NCBI GenBank assembly: GCA_001724265.1
Contig: MEDY01000063.1
Location: 1-64,000 of the forward strand
DNA: 64,000 nucleotides
Direction of reading: 5' to 3'
DNA from: Rhizaria sp. SCN 62-66
Taxonomy: Eukaryota
Both the position numbers and the translations under genes were made by a program. A model generated the notes under the pieces. The model worked only from the letters and a program-made list of their open reading frames with translations, was not told the origin of the DNA and searched no databases. Below are positions 48,426-63,305 of this stretch, one piece after another (within the stretch, counting starts at the first letter, position 1; each line of letters opens with the position of its first letter).

Positions 48426-49964
48426 ATGTCGGGATATGACTTTCGCAACGCAGATGCCTCGTACGTTTCCCATCAGCGATATATTCCTTCATTCGTTCTT
48501 CTGCCACTCTTTCTCAACCACCCCCCTTTATCACATCACAGCACGCTCACTAGCGCTTTTCTTTCCCCACATTTCACGTTGTTTCTTTCCCAGCGGCACT
48601 GCGTATGACGAGACAGACGTGCACTTTGACGATTCAGGCGTGAACGCTGGCGGCGCAAACGGTGGCAGCGACCCTTCCCTTGCTAACAACGCCAACAACA
48701 ACACCAACACCAACGCATTCGGCGCTGGCGCTGGCGCTGGCACTGGCGGTTTTGGCGCTTCAGGTTCTTTTGCCGCTTTTGCTTCCAAGACGGCAACCAC
48801 GGCCCTACCCACTGCATCCGTCTTTAGCGCCAGCTCGAATCAGCAGCAGCCTGCAACGACCCCCACGGGCAGCTTCAGTGCTTTCCGCCCCGGCGCCACA
48901 GCCACTGGTGCAGGCACAGGCTCGGGCGCCATGACTACTGGAGGCATTGGTACTGGCGGCGCGCATAACTACGGCAGCGCGACAGGAAACAGCGCATTCG
49001 GGGGGCCTGTGCTGCCCTCTAGCAGCAGCAACACTAAGGCTCTCGGCTTTGGCGTTGGCGCTGGCGCTGGCACTGGCGCTGGCACTGGCGCTGGCGCTGC
49101 TGGTTTAGACGACCTGAACTTCGACGAAGAAACGGAAAACAACTATAACGACCACAATAACGACACCAATAACAATGTGGATGACGGCGACGATGGCGGC
49201 TACCGCGCAGACACGCGTCCTACCGGAACACACGGCGCCTATGCCGGGACTTATGGGGGCGCTAACCGCGCCGACTCGGGTAGCCGGTACGCGGGTTGGG
49301 GCCACAGCGGCAGCTACGGCGCCGGCTACGAGGACGACGACAATGGTAACAACGGCAACAATAACAACAACCACAACTATAACGAGGATGACGATGCCGC
49401 CGCCGCTCAGGCCGAGGAGGATGACTACAACAACGATCACTTCGACGACAACTACCATAACAACAACTTCAACACCAACGCTAATGCCAACCCGCACTCC
49501 AAGCCCGGCTTTGGCGCTGACGCTGGCGCTGGCGGCGGCGGTGGTGCTTTCGAGGACGATCTCGACGCGGACCTCTTTGGCGCTGCCACGGGCGGCTTGA
49601 TTTCCGTCAAGCCGGCCACCTTTGCGCACAGTCGCCTCCCTTCCAGTTCCGCCACGCCCGTACACAGCAAGGCCAACACGAACAGTATCGCAAACGCCGT
49701 GAGCGTCAACCCTGCTGCTCCTGCTCCTGCCCCTGCTGCTGTTGCTGCGAGCGCAACTCCAGCTCCAACTGCGACTGCCCCTGCTACCACTGGCGCTGGC
49801 GCTGACGCTGGCGTCGGCTCTATGAGTGTTGAGGAGCGGCGCAACTTGCTGCGGCAGCGGCGGCTGGAAGCGGCTGCCCGCGCCTCGGCCTATAACCATA
49901 ACAATGCTGCTGCCGATGGCGGCCATCAAGATGTCTATAGTAATGCCCAGTCACAATCGGAGTT

Positions 49965-49999
<35 letters not shown>

Positions 50000-52219
50000 G
50001 ACCGTCGACGGTGCCGTGGGGCAGGGATGGCGACGACAGCAATAACACAGAGGACAACTACAACAACAGCAACAACAACAATGCTGCTGCTGCTGCTGCT
50101 GCTGCTGGGGATGACCACTACGACAACAACAACAACGCTGGCGGCTTTGCTCATGCCCATAACGCCGACGCCGACGCTGCCGATCAAAGCTACGGTAACA
50201 ACAACGGCGGCGGCGGCGGCTGGGGCGACGCAGACGACTCTCTGCTCGACCTCCTCGGCGGCAGCAACGCCCAATTCAACGCGTCCAACGCCAACGCCAC
50301 CGGCCGCCGCAGCCACGCTCGAAACGCCCCCGCTGCCCCTGCGAGTGCTACTGTGGCGACTGCGCCCGCCCACGGCCAGCACGTCTCGCTTGGCGCCCCT
50401 TCCTACGCCCCCTCAGCCGCCCCCTCAGTCGCTGCTGCCGCTGCGGCTGCTGCGCGCGCGGGTCCGTCGGGCGCCCAGATCGCCGCCGCCGTGGCCGCCG
50501 CGCTGGCCGCGGCCCCCGCCGAGACGGCGCGGTCGTTCAGCCAGGCCGCGGCGCTGGGGGCTGGCGTGCCCCCGGCGGTCGCGGCCGCGGTGGCCGCGGG
50601 CGGGGACAGCCTCGAGAGCGTGGTCTGGGGGGACCACATCGACGCCAAGGGCACCGCAGGCGTCGCAACGTGGTGTCGCTGGCTCGATCTCACGCCCAGA
50701 GACCCCGCGCACCAGGTAGGTTTCTAAGAATGACATGCGCTAAGCAGAACACCAATAGGGATACGCAAGCAAAGATATGCACATTTCGAGTTTAAAGCAA
50801 GACATCGTATAACTCGTATTTAATCGCACATTCGGATGACAATTTATTTTTATTACATCTCATCTTCATCCCCATTTATTATCTCTTGCCATTTGCTATC
50901 TCCTCTTTCAGCCGTACCTGCGGTACGCGGTGCGCGCGGCGCAGTGCACGCTGCCGCCCGCGTTTGAATTCGACCCCAGCACGCGCGCGTACCGGCGGCT
51001 GGCCGACGGCAAGGCCAAGTTCCTCCACCCCAAAGTGGGGACCTTCCTCACCAAGCTCCAGGTGCGCAAGAACAAAGACGCCGCCAAGGCCGAGGCCGCC
51101 GCCGCCGCCGCCTTAGGGGGCGCGACACCCGCGGCCGTGGCGGCGGCGGGCGGCCTAACTTCGTCGACGGGGCTGGACTCCCAGTCGCTGGGCGCGGAGG
51201 CGAGTATTCTGCTGTCGAGCGTGCTGGAGGAAGTCGACCACGGTCACTTCGAGAGCTTCAGCAACAACAATCACAATATCAACAATAATGTGACAATGGC
51301 GGGCATTGTCCACGAGGATGAGGAGCAGAGCACTACCAACACCGCTGCCGCTGCTGCCGCCGCTCCTGCAACTGCGCGTGCAATGGGGACGAACGCGCCA
51401 CCGCGCTTCCCCGCGCCCAAGGAGGGCGTGTTTGACTCCGCGGGCCCCTTGTTTCCTACGGACCCATACTCGTATAACAACAACAATATCGCCATCAACA
51501 ACAACAATGGCGAGGCTGCCGCTGCCGCTGCCGCTGTTGGGACTACCAACGCTGCTGCGGCGGCCCGCGCCCTGACCCTCAAGGCCAGCAGCGGCGGCAA
51601 CGTCAACATCAACAACGCTAACGCATTCGCGGACTTGAACGGCCCCGCTGCGAACGCTACCACCGGCTCCGCCGTCGCCGTTGGCTCTGGCGCTGGCTCC
51701 AGCCCCGCAGACTGCGTCAACGCCAGCTCCAGCGTGAACGCTAACGCCACCGCGGGCGTAGCGAACGCCGCGGGCGTGGTGGTGAATCCTGACGCCTCGC
51801 CGGTGGGCTTCGGCGACCGCACGGCGACCTCGCTGACGTCGGCCTTCGCCTTCAACCAGCAGCACGCCTGGGCCAACACGGCCAACGTCACGGCGACTGC
51901 GCTCGAGTCGCGTCCGCCGACAGCCACGCACCACCAACACAACTACTCCCAGTTCAGCTATGGCAATAACAACATCAACAACAATATCGGGGGAGCACGC
52001 GAGGGTGCGCGTGACGCTCCCGCCGTGGGCAACATCAACCCGTTTGCGCAGCCTCCGTCGTCGGCGCGTGCGCTGGCACTGGCGGCCGTGGCCGAGGTGT
52101 CCTCCCCGTCCGTCGGCGGCGGCTTAACTCCAGCACAGGGCGGCCTGATTTCGAGAAACATCAACGCCGCGACTGGCCCTGCTGCTGCTGCTGCAAGTGA
52201 TGATTACTACAGCACGAAT

Positions 52220-52257
<38 letters not shown>

Positions 52258-55200
52258 CGCGTATAACAGTTCGAGCAATAACTTCAACAACTTCAACGAC
52301 TCCGGCGCCTCGGCCTCTGCGGAGGCGATGATTCTGCAGCGCACGCAGCTGCAGACGGCCGTCGCCAGCGCTGCCGCCGCGACTAGTGCCCCTGCTCCGG
52401 TCGCCGCTGCTGCTGTTGAGACGAGCTCTATCCCTGTCACCGTCAATCCCACAACTGGCGTAAACGCTCCGACTGCTGCGAGTTTGGCATCGATTCCCGA
52501 GAGTCCTGGCTACTTGCCTCAGCAGCAGCAACAGGGCTACACTCCGCAGCAGCAACAGCCGAGCAACATCTTCGGCCAGCAGTACCAGCAGTATCAGCAG
52601 CAGCAGCCGTATTCCGCCCACTACTCTCAATCTCCGGCCCAGTGCCCCCATCTCACCGGCCCACAGCCACAGTTGCAGTCGCCGTCGCAGTCCTCGTCCT
52701 GCGCCGGCTGCAGCGAGCGCGACGCCGTCATTGCGCGTCTTATCCTCGGCCGCGGCAACCCCGCCCCTGTGCTCGCCGACGCCGCTAATGCTGCCGCCGT
52801 TTCTAACGCGAGCGCGAGCGGATGGCCGCGACCGCTGTCGGTGCCGCTATCGGGGCTGCTGCGTTCGCTGATGCCCGTCTACAACGGCGGCGCGGGCCCC
52901 AACGGCGCAGCTGACCCCGGCTCGAACGGCGCCAGCGCGTTGGCCACGAGTGGTAATGGAAACGGCGGCGGTGGCGCGACCTACGCGCTCTCGATTCACG
53001 CCGCGACGACCGCCGCCGCGCTGCGAGCGCTGCAAGACAAGCTGACGGCGACGACCGCGGCGACGGACGCCGCGGCGACGGCGCGCGTGGCGCGGCAGGA
53101 GGCATTGCTGGCCGCGCGCGAGCAGCGCATCGACGCTGAGGCCGCAGCGCTCCGCGACGCACAGGTATGGAAGCCGATAACAATTGCCTTATAGATAATT
53201 AAACAAGCCTGAATCCAGCACACTATGTTTATTTTGTGTGATGCTCTAAATTTAAGTTGGTATAAATATATCAAAAATCTCACATGTATGTCTCTAATTC
53301 TTATCTTTTGTATCTTTCTTATGTTTCCCCTCCTCCAGTCGCGCTTTGCCGCCGAGCAGGCCGCGGTGGCCCAGGAGCGCGCCGCACTCGCCCGCGCGCG
53401 CTCCGAGCTTGAGGCTCAGGCGCGCGGGGTGGCCGCGGACGCCGCGTCGCTGCGCGCGGCGGCTTCGGCCGCGGCGAGCCGGCAGTCGGAGCAAGCACAG
53501 CAGCTCCACGCCGAGGCGGAGGCCGTTCGGTACGTTTACTCGCGCGACGCGAACACAAGATATATTCTTGATTTGAAATTGACATGTGATTATATATCTA
53601 TCTTCAATATGCGCGGTGTTTTTTGATATCTTTTCGACTTTACAGACCAGTATCTTCTCCTGTGATGTATCTCTCATTTCCAACTGTTGTGTTTTGTTCT
53701 TCCGCACTGCAGCCGCACCCGCGACGAAGACGCCGCGACCGTGCTTGCGCTGTCGGACCAACTGGCCTCACTGCGCGCCGAGCACACGGCGGCCGTGGCG
53801 CAGCTGGAGAGCGACCGCGCGGCCTCCGAGGTCACCTTCGCAGCCACCAAGCAGGCCGCCGCCGAGCTGTTGACGCGGGCCACCTCGGAGGCCGAGGCCC
53901 GGCTGGCCGCGGCGGCCGCGGCGGAGCGCCAGGTTGCCGCCGCGCGCGCCGCGTCCGCCGCCGAAGCCGCTGCGGCCGCCGAGGCCGTCGCGGCCGCGGA
54001 GGCGCTGATGCTGCGGACGCGCGAGGATTCCGCGGCCGTGGCGGCGATGGCGGGCGAGGCGCGCGCGCGGCAGTCGCAGGCGGCCGAGGCCGAGGCTGCA
54101 CTGGGCGCGCGCGAGGCTGCCTGGGCCGCGGCGCATGCCGAGGCCGTTGCCGAGGTGCAGCGGCGCATCGACCGCGTCGAGGTCGAGAAGCGCGCGATGC
54201 TCATCCGGCAGGGCCGCGACAGGGCCTTCGCGCGCATCGCCGCCTCAGGCAGCGGCAACAACAACAACGGCGGCACTGGCGGTGCTGAGAGCGGCGGCGC
54301 GGTCGCTTTCGGCGCGATTGGCAACAATAATAATATCAGCAGCGCGAACGAGTACGTGGTGGACGCGGGCGCGCTCATCACGAGCATGCCGCCGTGGGCG
54401 GCGCTCGACGGGGTCTCCGCGCACGCGCACGATCTTCAGAGCGGGCCTGTGGTCGTGGTCGGCGAGCCCGGTACCCTCCTGGGGGCTCGGCTCTCCGCTG
54501 CGGCCACTGTCGCTGCCGCTGCAGCCGCGAACGCCAACAAGGCCGCTGCCGCTGCTATGCCCTCTGCCAGTATCGGCGAGTCCCGCATCAAGGTGATTGA
54601 GAACGACGACGACGACGCCAGCACCACCACCAACGCTGCCGGCGCTAAGACCGCGAGCAGCAGTCGCAGCGTCGCCATTCCTGCCAGCTCCAGCAAATCA
54701 TCTAAGGGGGGTCGGTCTAAGGGCTCTGCTGCGGCGTCTAAGCGCCGCGGCGGCGCCGGCTCTAAGTACGCGCCCAGCGGCAACAACAGCAGCGAGGGCG
54801 AGTGCGACAGCGACTGTGACATGGACTGCGACCGCCACATAGGCCTCGGCAGTCACGGCTACGCACACGGCCACAGCTACGGGTACATCGACCGCTACGG
54901 CGACACGGAGGACAAGGACCGGCTTGCCGAGGCGGCCGAGGCCGTGCTGAGCGGCATGCGCCGCACCCAGGCCCTCGTGACCTCCGCCCTGGACCGGGCC
55001 CGCGCCGCCCGGGCGCGCGCGCGGGCCAGCAACAGCAACAGCAGCGGCGGCGCCGGGTATTCAGACCGCGCGCGGGGCACTTACATGTCCCCCGGCGGCA
55101 CTTACCTGTCGCCGGGCCAGGGCAGAGCGGCGGTGCGCATCCACGACGAGGCCCAGAGCCACAGCGACGTCAACAGTGACAGCGAGCGCGGCTACGACAG

Positions 55201-57271
55201 CGGCTACAACAGCGGCGGCGACGACGACGGCGACGACGGTGGCAACGGGCCCGAGAGCGAGAACATGCAGCTGGTCGCCAAGTGGCTGCGGCTCGCGCGG
55301 GGCGAGGCGGACACGGGCGCCGTGACCGCTAGTGCCGCTGACACAAACTCTAGGCACCGCAGCAACAGTCGCAGCGGCCATAACAGCGACAGCGACGACC
55401 ACGGCCACTACAGCTATAACAACAGCAACAAGCCCAGGCCTGCGAAGTCTTCCTACTACAAAAGCGGTAGCACGAGTCATAGCGAGTGCGACGAGTATGA
55501 CAGCGGCCGCAGCGAGCACAAGAACGACTACCTCCACAGCCGCGGCGGCAGCCGCAGGAACAGCAACAGCAACAGCAACGCTGCGAACAAGCAGCAGCAG
55601 CTGTACAACAACGGGTATGTGTTTGGCAGTGCTGGTTTCGGCGCTGTTGTCGGCAACGCGAGAGCTGCCTCTAAGTACCCCGAGTCTAAGTACCCTGGCG
55701 GTGCGAGCATCGAGGTACTTAGTGACTCGTCGCCCCCGTATTCCCCTGTCAGGAACAACTCTAACAGCGGCGGGACTGAGGGGGCTAAGCGCACCTCTAG
55801 AGAGACTGCCACGAAGCAGCAGGAGCAGATGCAGCAGCCGCCTTACAACGCCTTTGCTGGCATGACCGGCGCGGACGGCGCGTTTGAGCTCCGCCGCATT
55901 GCTCAGGCGCGCAACCACCTCGATGTGAAGCCGCAAGCTGGGGCAGAAGGTAAGCCACCCCTGCACCCCACTTCCCCTCGCCACTACCAGGGCAGCACTG
56001 GCGGTAGCAACAGGAACGGCTCCTCTCGCAAGCACGCCAGTAGTCCCCGCCGCAATCGCCGTGAGCGTGAGTCGAGTGACCGTGAGCGCAACCCCCGTGT
56101 GGGGACTGTGACCGGCGAGGTTGTCGCCGCGCGCGCTGCCGCCAAGGCCCTGCGTGCGCCCAGCAGCAGCGACGCCGCGGGCTACGATGCTCTCGCCGTT
56201 CCCGACGCGACTAATGCGGGCGCCGGCGAGGGCGAGAGTGAGGGCAACTTGTCGTTCCTGCCTTCGTTGGCGACCGACACGACCTCGTCGAGCGACATGA
56301 CTGTCCCGCTCACTGCTGCTGCGAACAATCACGCGAGCAGTGACAGTAACCGCCCGAACAACGCTAAGGGCAGCAATGCCCACGCGAACCTGTACGGTGG
56401 CAGCAACAATGCGCGTCTGTACGACAACTACGTGATTGAGGAGCAGACTGAGCTCCAGACGCTCGAGTCCAGCAAAAGCGACGTCGAAAACAAGCGTGCT
56501 CTGGGCGGCACTAAGGCTGCCGACGTCAAGGTGAACGTCAGCGGCGGCGAGGACGCGGGTGTCGATGACAGTGACACTGACAACCCATCGCTGATGTCCC
56601 AGCTGCGCTTCACTGCGCAGTCCGGGCTCTCGATCTCAGAGGTGCCGCCCACAAACACAGTGAACAACAACGCTCACAATAAGGGTGCATACGGCAAGAT
56701 GAGCGCTTCAACCGTGTTTTCGGCGGCCGGCGCGAGCGGCTTCAAGCCCGCGGCAAGCCCCCGCAACAGCCAAACCACGTCGCCGAACGCGCTCAAGCCC
56801 ACTCTGGCGACCGCCGCCGCCGGTACGACCCCCCCGCGGACGTCGTCCTCCGCCGGCTCGCACGGCCTGAGTCCCCCGACGCAGACGCAGCCCGCGGGCG
56901 CTAACTTGGACGAGTCGCGCGCGCTGAGCGCCCTGGAGCCGCTGGATGCGAGCATCGACGCCGCCGCGGCGGGGTTCGCGGCTGCGCAGTCCGCCGCCGG
57001 CGCGGGGGCGGCCAGCGCGAGCGCGGTCATCGACGCGTATCTGGCCAACCTCAGGAGCGGCAACGCCTCGGCCAACGGCAACGACAATGCCAGCGCTGCC
57101 GAGAAGCGCGAGCATGAGCGTGAGCGGGGCGACAAAGCGCGCCCCAGCAAGCGCAACGTCGTCTCGCCTGGAGGCCAGAGCCACTTGGACACGCTTGAGA
57201 GCCTGTCTGTGGGCGCCAGCAGCAGCTCTACAAGCAATGAGGGCGGCGTCACTTTCGACGAGGCTGACTAA
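48426..57271 (+). CDS. Giant low-complexity/coiled-coil protein, 2719 aa, with an internal CEP164-like degenerate WW module
   Basis: Exons 48426-48460, 48594-50715, 50912-53164, 53339-53529 and 53713-57271; the total is divisible by 3. The spliced module is VATWCRWLDLTPRDPAHQ|PYLRYAVRAAQCTLPPAFEF..YRRLADGKAKFLHP, followed later by an Ala-rich coiled coil. Confidence 0.75.
52220..52258 (+). repeat. (AAC)n coding microsatellite (poly-Asn)
   Basis: About 13 perfect AAC units. Confidence 0.9.
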
Positions 57272-57600
57272 GCGTTCAGTTTGTCACACAAATGATAAAA
57301 CACAATGCTACTTTAGTTTGATTGAATAAGATATTAAAAATACGAATACAAATCGAATATCGGTTTAAGAACAAGGCATACCTACCAATGACGAAAATAA
57401 AATTCTTTGTATACTTGTTGCTTGAACAAAGATCAAACACTAAAACCTATCATAACTTTCCTAAAGTGGCAATGGCCTTCAATTCATATAACTATAGCTC
57501 TTTTACTATTATTATTATTCGTAATATACGACATTCCCCGAGCAGATCACGCGCTTACGTTGCGTCACATTGCATTGTATAGCGTTGCGTTGCCTCAAGC

Positions 57601-60600
57601 TCAGCGCTTGCCGGCGGCGTAACGCTTCTCGACGAACTTCTTGCCCTGCTGCGCCATCCTGTTCTTGATCACCTTGAGCTCCTTGTTGCGCTCCGAATTG
57701 ACGGTGCGCTCGCGGCGCTCGGCCACCTTCTTGGCGCGCTGCACCTTGTTGTGATCGGCGGCGATCTTGCCGATCTTGCGCTGCTCCGACTGGAGCTGGC
57801 GCACGTGGCCCATGAGCCGGTTCGCCTGCGACTCCTCCTTCTCGTACAGCTGCGCGCGGTGGTCCTCCAGCGTGAGCGTGCGCTTCTTGCCCAGCTTCTT
57901 CGGCTTGTTCGCGAACGGCATCGCAGCCTAAGCAAGCGCAAGTTAACAAGAACAAAATAAATGACATGAGAGGAGATGTGAGGGGTTTGTTCTTAAAATG
58001 TCAGAAAGCATAAAGTAGTCACCATTGCACATATAAGCCGAGTTTTGAATCGGCACGGCGTCAAATACGGAGCTTTCATGTCATTACAAGACATTTCCTC
58101 GCAGTGATCGCAACTGCAAGTGTAAGCGTTAGTCGACGTACCTGGAGCTTCGCGGGGACGCGGAGCGGGTTGAACTTCTTCTCGGGCCGCACGATGGGCT
58201 TGTACTCCGAGTCGGGGTTCATCGGCAGCGGGAGGTGCATGTCGGCGCGGATGTCGCGGATGCTGCGCATGCCCTGCCAGCGTTTGCGGTCCGGCGCCAG
58301 CATCGACGACACGGGGTTGTAGTACTCGTACGGGTCGACCTGTAGTATGAAGTATAAACCGCAAAAAAAGCAAAGAGAAACAAGATAAACATGAATGTGA
58401 GTTAATAAACGACAATTGCATCAATAACACATAGATCTATAATAGAAGAGAAGTGAATGCTTTACAAAGGCTTAAACGTGATTTTTCGAGGTTGTAATGC
58501 GTACCTGAGTCCAGGTGCGACAGAAGACGATGTCGGACATGAGGATCTTGTCCTCGAACGTGGCGCGGATGGTGCCCTCCTTGCCCTCGTGCATCACGGC
58601 CTTCTTGATCTGGCCACGAATGCCGGACACGGTCTTGATCTTGGCGCCCTCGAAGCGCGCCGCCTCGATCGCGGACGTGAACATGTCCTGGATGTAGGCC
58701 GTGTTCTTGAGCACCTTGAGCGGCGTGCCGACCAGCTTGAGCTTCTTCATGATCTTGGGCGCCCGGGACATTTCGATCACGGTGCCCGTGCCGGAGACGC
58801 GGAACGAGGCCTGCTGCTTGTTGTCGTCGCGCGCGGAGAAGGCCGACTTGAACGCCATCACACCGGTGTTGGGCGTCGTCAGCGGGCCGTAGAAAGTGCA
58901 CAAGCAGTGCATGTGCTGCGGAGTGTACTTCAGGTAGCTAAAAAGATAGCAATATCGTCAAATGGTTACAAGAAAATATATAAAGTGAGATATGGTGGGG
59001 GATACAAGCACGCTGTTGAAACCAAGACAAGTTGATCAAGAACGACAACATGAATGCATATATTTCACGCAGACAAGTCGAGTATATCCTATAAAAGCGC
59101 GATTTAGCGTTGGATGATGGACGTACCGCGTGCGGCCCATGGCGTCCTCGAGGGAAAACATCGGGAGCGACTGGAAGCGGCGCCACCCGATGGAAAACAC
59201 TAGCGGGTCGTTGGTCTTGAGGATCCTTTTGTGCCAGCGGTGGCGCTTGACGCGCGCGGTGACGAAGCCCAGGTTCTGTTCGTTGGCCAGCAGCGCGCCC
59301 ACGAGCACGGGGCACTTGCGGTCGAAGTACTGCACGAACTCGCAGGGCACGCGCGAGATGAGGATGCGGACGTACTTGCCCGGCAGCGCGCCCTCCATCA
59401 CCAGGCGCTCCGCCTCCGACATGCCCACGAACTCGGCGCGGCTCGCCGCCAGGCGCTCGGCGGCCTAAACAAAAAAGAGAAATGGCGAGGTATACAGACA
59501 CGTGAGAGTAAGAAATGATCAATAAATTGTTATAACTACAATAGAAACAGTTAATGAAAGCCGCGAATCAATGAACGTCAAGTAACCCAGTCAAAAATTA
59601 AGCTTGTAATAAGACGATTTACGTACCTGGTGCTTCTGCGCAGCGAAGAAGTCGTACTCGGGGGCCTTCTTGTGGGAAAAGTCCTTCGGGGCCCGGGGCT
59701 CGCGGCCCTTGTACATGTTGGCGTCGTTAGCCTTCTTCTTCCGGTTGCTGCCTTCGCCCCCCGCCTCCTCACCATTTGCGGCGGCCTCGGCGGCGGCGTC
59801 GTCGGCCGCGTCCTCGGCGAGCTCACCCGCCACGCGCCGCTCCAGGTCGCCGATGAACTGGTGCTTGAGCTTGATTTTGGCGTCCAGGCGCGCGCGGATG
59901 CGCTCGTCCTCGTCCATGTCGCCCCCGTTGCCGTTGCCGTCGGCGTCGCCGTCCCCGCCGAGCCCGGTGCCGAGGGCGTCGTCTTCCTCGAGGAAGCCGT
60001 CGGCGGCGCCGCCTGCGCCGCCGCTGAGCGCGAGCCCGGCCTTGCGCGTCTTGCTCATGCGCTCAGAGTCGCGGCCGCCCCACAGCGTCTCCATGTTCTC
60101 GTCGTCACCGCGGAAAGCGTCGGCCGCGCCGTGGAAGCCGGGGCCTTGCGCGTCGCCCGTCGCGCCGAACATGCCAGCGGCGCCGGACCCAGAGCCATGA
60201 GTACCCCCATGGGTTCCCTGCGCGGGGGCGGCGTCGGGCGCCACGCCGACCTCGGCGCCCCAGTCACCCGTGACGAAGCGGTTGCGCATGACCGTCTCGC
60301 GGTCGACGGCCTCTTCGCCCCACGCGCGCATGTCCTTCTCCTTGCGCAGCCGCAGCGTCGAGTCGACGCCGTCGCCCGCCAACACGGTGTCGGCGGCAGA
60401 CACGCCCTGGCCGCCCGCGTGCGCGCCGTGCACGTTTGTGCTGCCGGCCTCGTTGCCAGCGCGCTTGGGGTTGTTCGCGAGGGAACCAGCGCGCGCGTGG
60501 TTCAGCGAGGAGCGCGCGGTCACTGCCACGCGCGGCTTGAAGAACTCCTCCTCCTCCTCGTCCTCGCCGTCTTCCTCCTCCGCGTCGTTGCCGTCACCGG

Positions 60601-63305
60601 ACGAGGACTTCTTCTTCTTATTGTCCTCGTCGTCGCTGCCGTCGCCGTAGCCGAGCTTGGCCGCGGTCGCCGCGTCGTCGGCCGCCTTGCCCAGCGCATC
60701 GGCGACGCCGTCTGCGCCGTACACGAGTTCGGTCAGCGAGACGGACCGCGCCATGGAGCGGGCGCGGTCGGCCAGGAGCTGCTTCCAGTCGGCCGCGTGA
60801 TCGCCCAGGTCCTCGTTGTCGTCGCCGTCGTCCGACATCAGCAGGGCCTTCTTGCCAGACTTGCCGGCCTTGGCGCTAGCGCCGGAGCCGGAGCCGGAGA
60901 ACTCTGAGGCGAAGTAGTCGGTGGCGTCCTCAGGAGTCGCGTCTTCGTCATCCTCGTCCTCGTCGTCCAACTCGCCTTCAAGGGCGTCCTCGTCCTCGTC
61001 GTTGTAGTCGCCCTCGTCGCCCTCACCGTCCTCACGATCACTCGCGTCGACGTCGTCATCGTCGTCGTCGTTGTAGTAGTCGTCGTCGTTGCGCGCGCCG
61101 CCGAAGTCGTCGTCGTCCCCGCCGTTGTCGTCGTCGCCGTCGTCGTCCGAGTCGTCGTCGCCGTCGTTGTTGTTGACGTCGTCGTCTGCAAAGATCACCT
61201 GGCGACGCACCCGGCCATCGGCGCCGCGCACCTCCTTGACCTGCAGGCGCTCGTACGCGTCCTCGCCGTCCTTGGTGTCGCCGCCCGCGCCCGCGCGCGC
61301 GTTCTTGATGGCGTCCGCGTCCTCGTCCTCGTCGTCGTCGTCAGAGTTGTTGCTGTTAGCCTTGCGGCGGAGCGCGGCGGGCAACGCGTCAGAGTCGTAG
61401 CCCTCCTTGCGAATGGCGTTGATCTTGTCAAACTGCGCCGCCGTGATGCTCTTGCCGCCCTTGAAGAGCGAGATCGTGTGCTCCGTCTCGAGCGCGGTGT
61501 CGATGCCCTTGGAAGACGCGCTGTTGGTGTTGTAATGCATCATCGCGTTATTGCTCGCATGTGGGTTCGTCGCGCCGCTGCCGACGGTCTGGAGCGAGCG
61601 CACGAGGGCCTCGCCGCCCAGCTCGTCGATGGCGGCCTGGCTCAGGTTCGCCGTCAGCGGCGCCTTCTCGCCCAGGCGGCGCGCGATCTCGGCCGGCAGC
61701 ACGGCGCCCGCGCCCGAGCCGGGGATGTCGTCGCCCTCGTTGAGCGCGCGCGCCGCCGTGTCGGCCAGCAGCAGGTGCGCGGGCGTGTAGGTGACCTGCT
61801 TGTCGTTGATCGTGATGTACACCGCGTCCTTGTCGTACACGATGTCGCCCTGTTATCAGTTGGAGTTTAAATCATGAAATATAGATGTGAGGCTAAAAGT
61901 CTAAAAATAATAAAATAATATCACTTTGCAGTTGGTGGTTTAAAGAAATCTAAACTATTTTGTTCACAGAGGAACGCGTATGCCCTCAAAAGTCGAAGTA
62001 TGAGTACGTACCAGGTCTGCCATGGGCGCGTAGATCTGGCGGTCCTTCTCGCGGAGCGAGGAGCGGTAGCTCTTGCCGTCACTGCCGGCCTCGAGCGCGG
62101 CGCCCTCGCGCGCCTCCTGCTGCTGCTGCGCCGTGGGCAGCGGGTCGTCGAGCACGGTGAAGGCGTCGATGGCGAAGTCGCCGACGCCGGCCAGGTGGAT
62201 GTTCTGCCCGGGCTTGAGGTTGGTGCCGCGCACGTAGCCGTAAAGCGCGACCGTGCGGTCCGTCACCGGGTTCGCGGCGACCTGGCCGGGGTGCGTCATG
62301 TCCTCCACGCGGTCTGCCAGCACGTACGAGTGCGCGATGCGCCACGAGAGCGGCGCGGGCTTGACGACCGAGACGAAGCGGCCCAGATTGATCACCTCGC
62401 GACGCAGGTACTTGCCGTGCATGACACCAGAGAAGTAAAAGAGCTTGGAGCCATCGCAGACCTCGGTCCAGAAGCGTTCCTTCATGATCTTCTTGAGTCG
62501 GCGCAGCTGCTTCGACTCGCGGAAGTTGTCCAGGTGGGTCAGGATGCCGATGACCTTGGGGAAACCGTGCGTCTTGAGGATGTTGAGGAACTCGAACGTC
62601 TCCATCTCGAAGCCGAAGCTGGCGTCGATGACGAGCAGCACCAGGTCCGCAACCTTGGCGGCGTCGAGCCTGTGGCGAGCCGACATTTATCAGAAGAGAA
62701 TAAAGAGGGTATATGTGAGTAAAATAAGTTGAAAATAATACAAGCAATAAATGGTGTACTGTCCATGCTTAGACCATAGTATTATCTTAATGCGCATTGA
62801 CTAGCATCTTGAAAAGCAACGTTATATGCAATGGGCAGTGTTATCGCTATAGTTTTGTCGTAAGCACGTACATGGAGCCCATGTCGTTCGCGACCTCGAG
62901 GAAGGTCACGCGGCGCGACTTGCCCGTGGTGATCGAGATCGGGCCCGAGGGGTCGCTGACGTTAACCTTGGAGTAGCTCTTGACGAGCGACTTGATGACT
63001 GTGGACTTGCCGACGCCGGGCGGGCCTGCAACGGCCACAACCAGCGGCGGCGGCACGGCCACCGCGCGCGAGGGCATCACGAAGTGCTGGCGGCGCTGCT
63101 CCATGAGCGAGGCGTAGCCGGCGAGCTTCTTGGCGCGGATCGAAGACGCGATGCCAAACGCGCGCGGGTCGCGGCGCTTGTTGGGGTTGTTCTTAGGGTC
63201 GACGCCTGCCTTCTTGAGTTTGTACGCCGCGCGCTTGTCCGACTTGACGCCGGACTGCTTCGCGCGGAACGGGCGCGACGGCGCCGGGTTGCCTGCGTCA
63301 CTCAT
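57601..63305 (-). CDS. BMS1: Ribosome biogenesis GTPase Bms1, 1536 aa
   Basis: Exons 63305-62872, 62669-62012, 61849-59627, 59464-59127, 58937-58505, 58339-58142 and 57927-57601. Motifs GPPGVGKST, AKVADLVLLVIDASFGFEMETFEFLN, YGYVRGT, IYAPM, RFVTGDW, KRHRWHKRILKTNDPL, GIRGQIKK, ATFEDKILMSDIVF. Confidence 0.97.
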
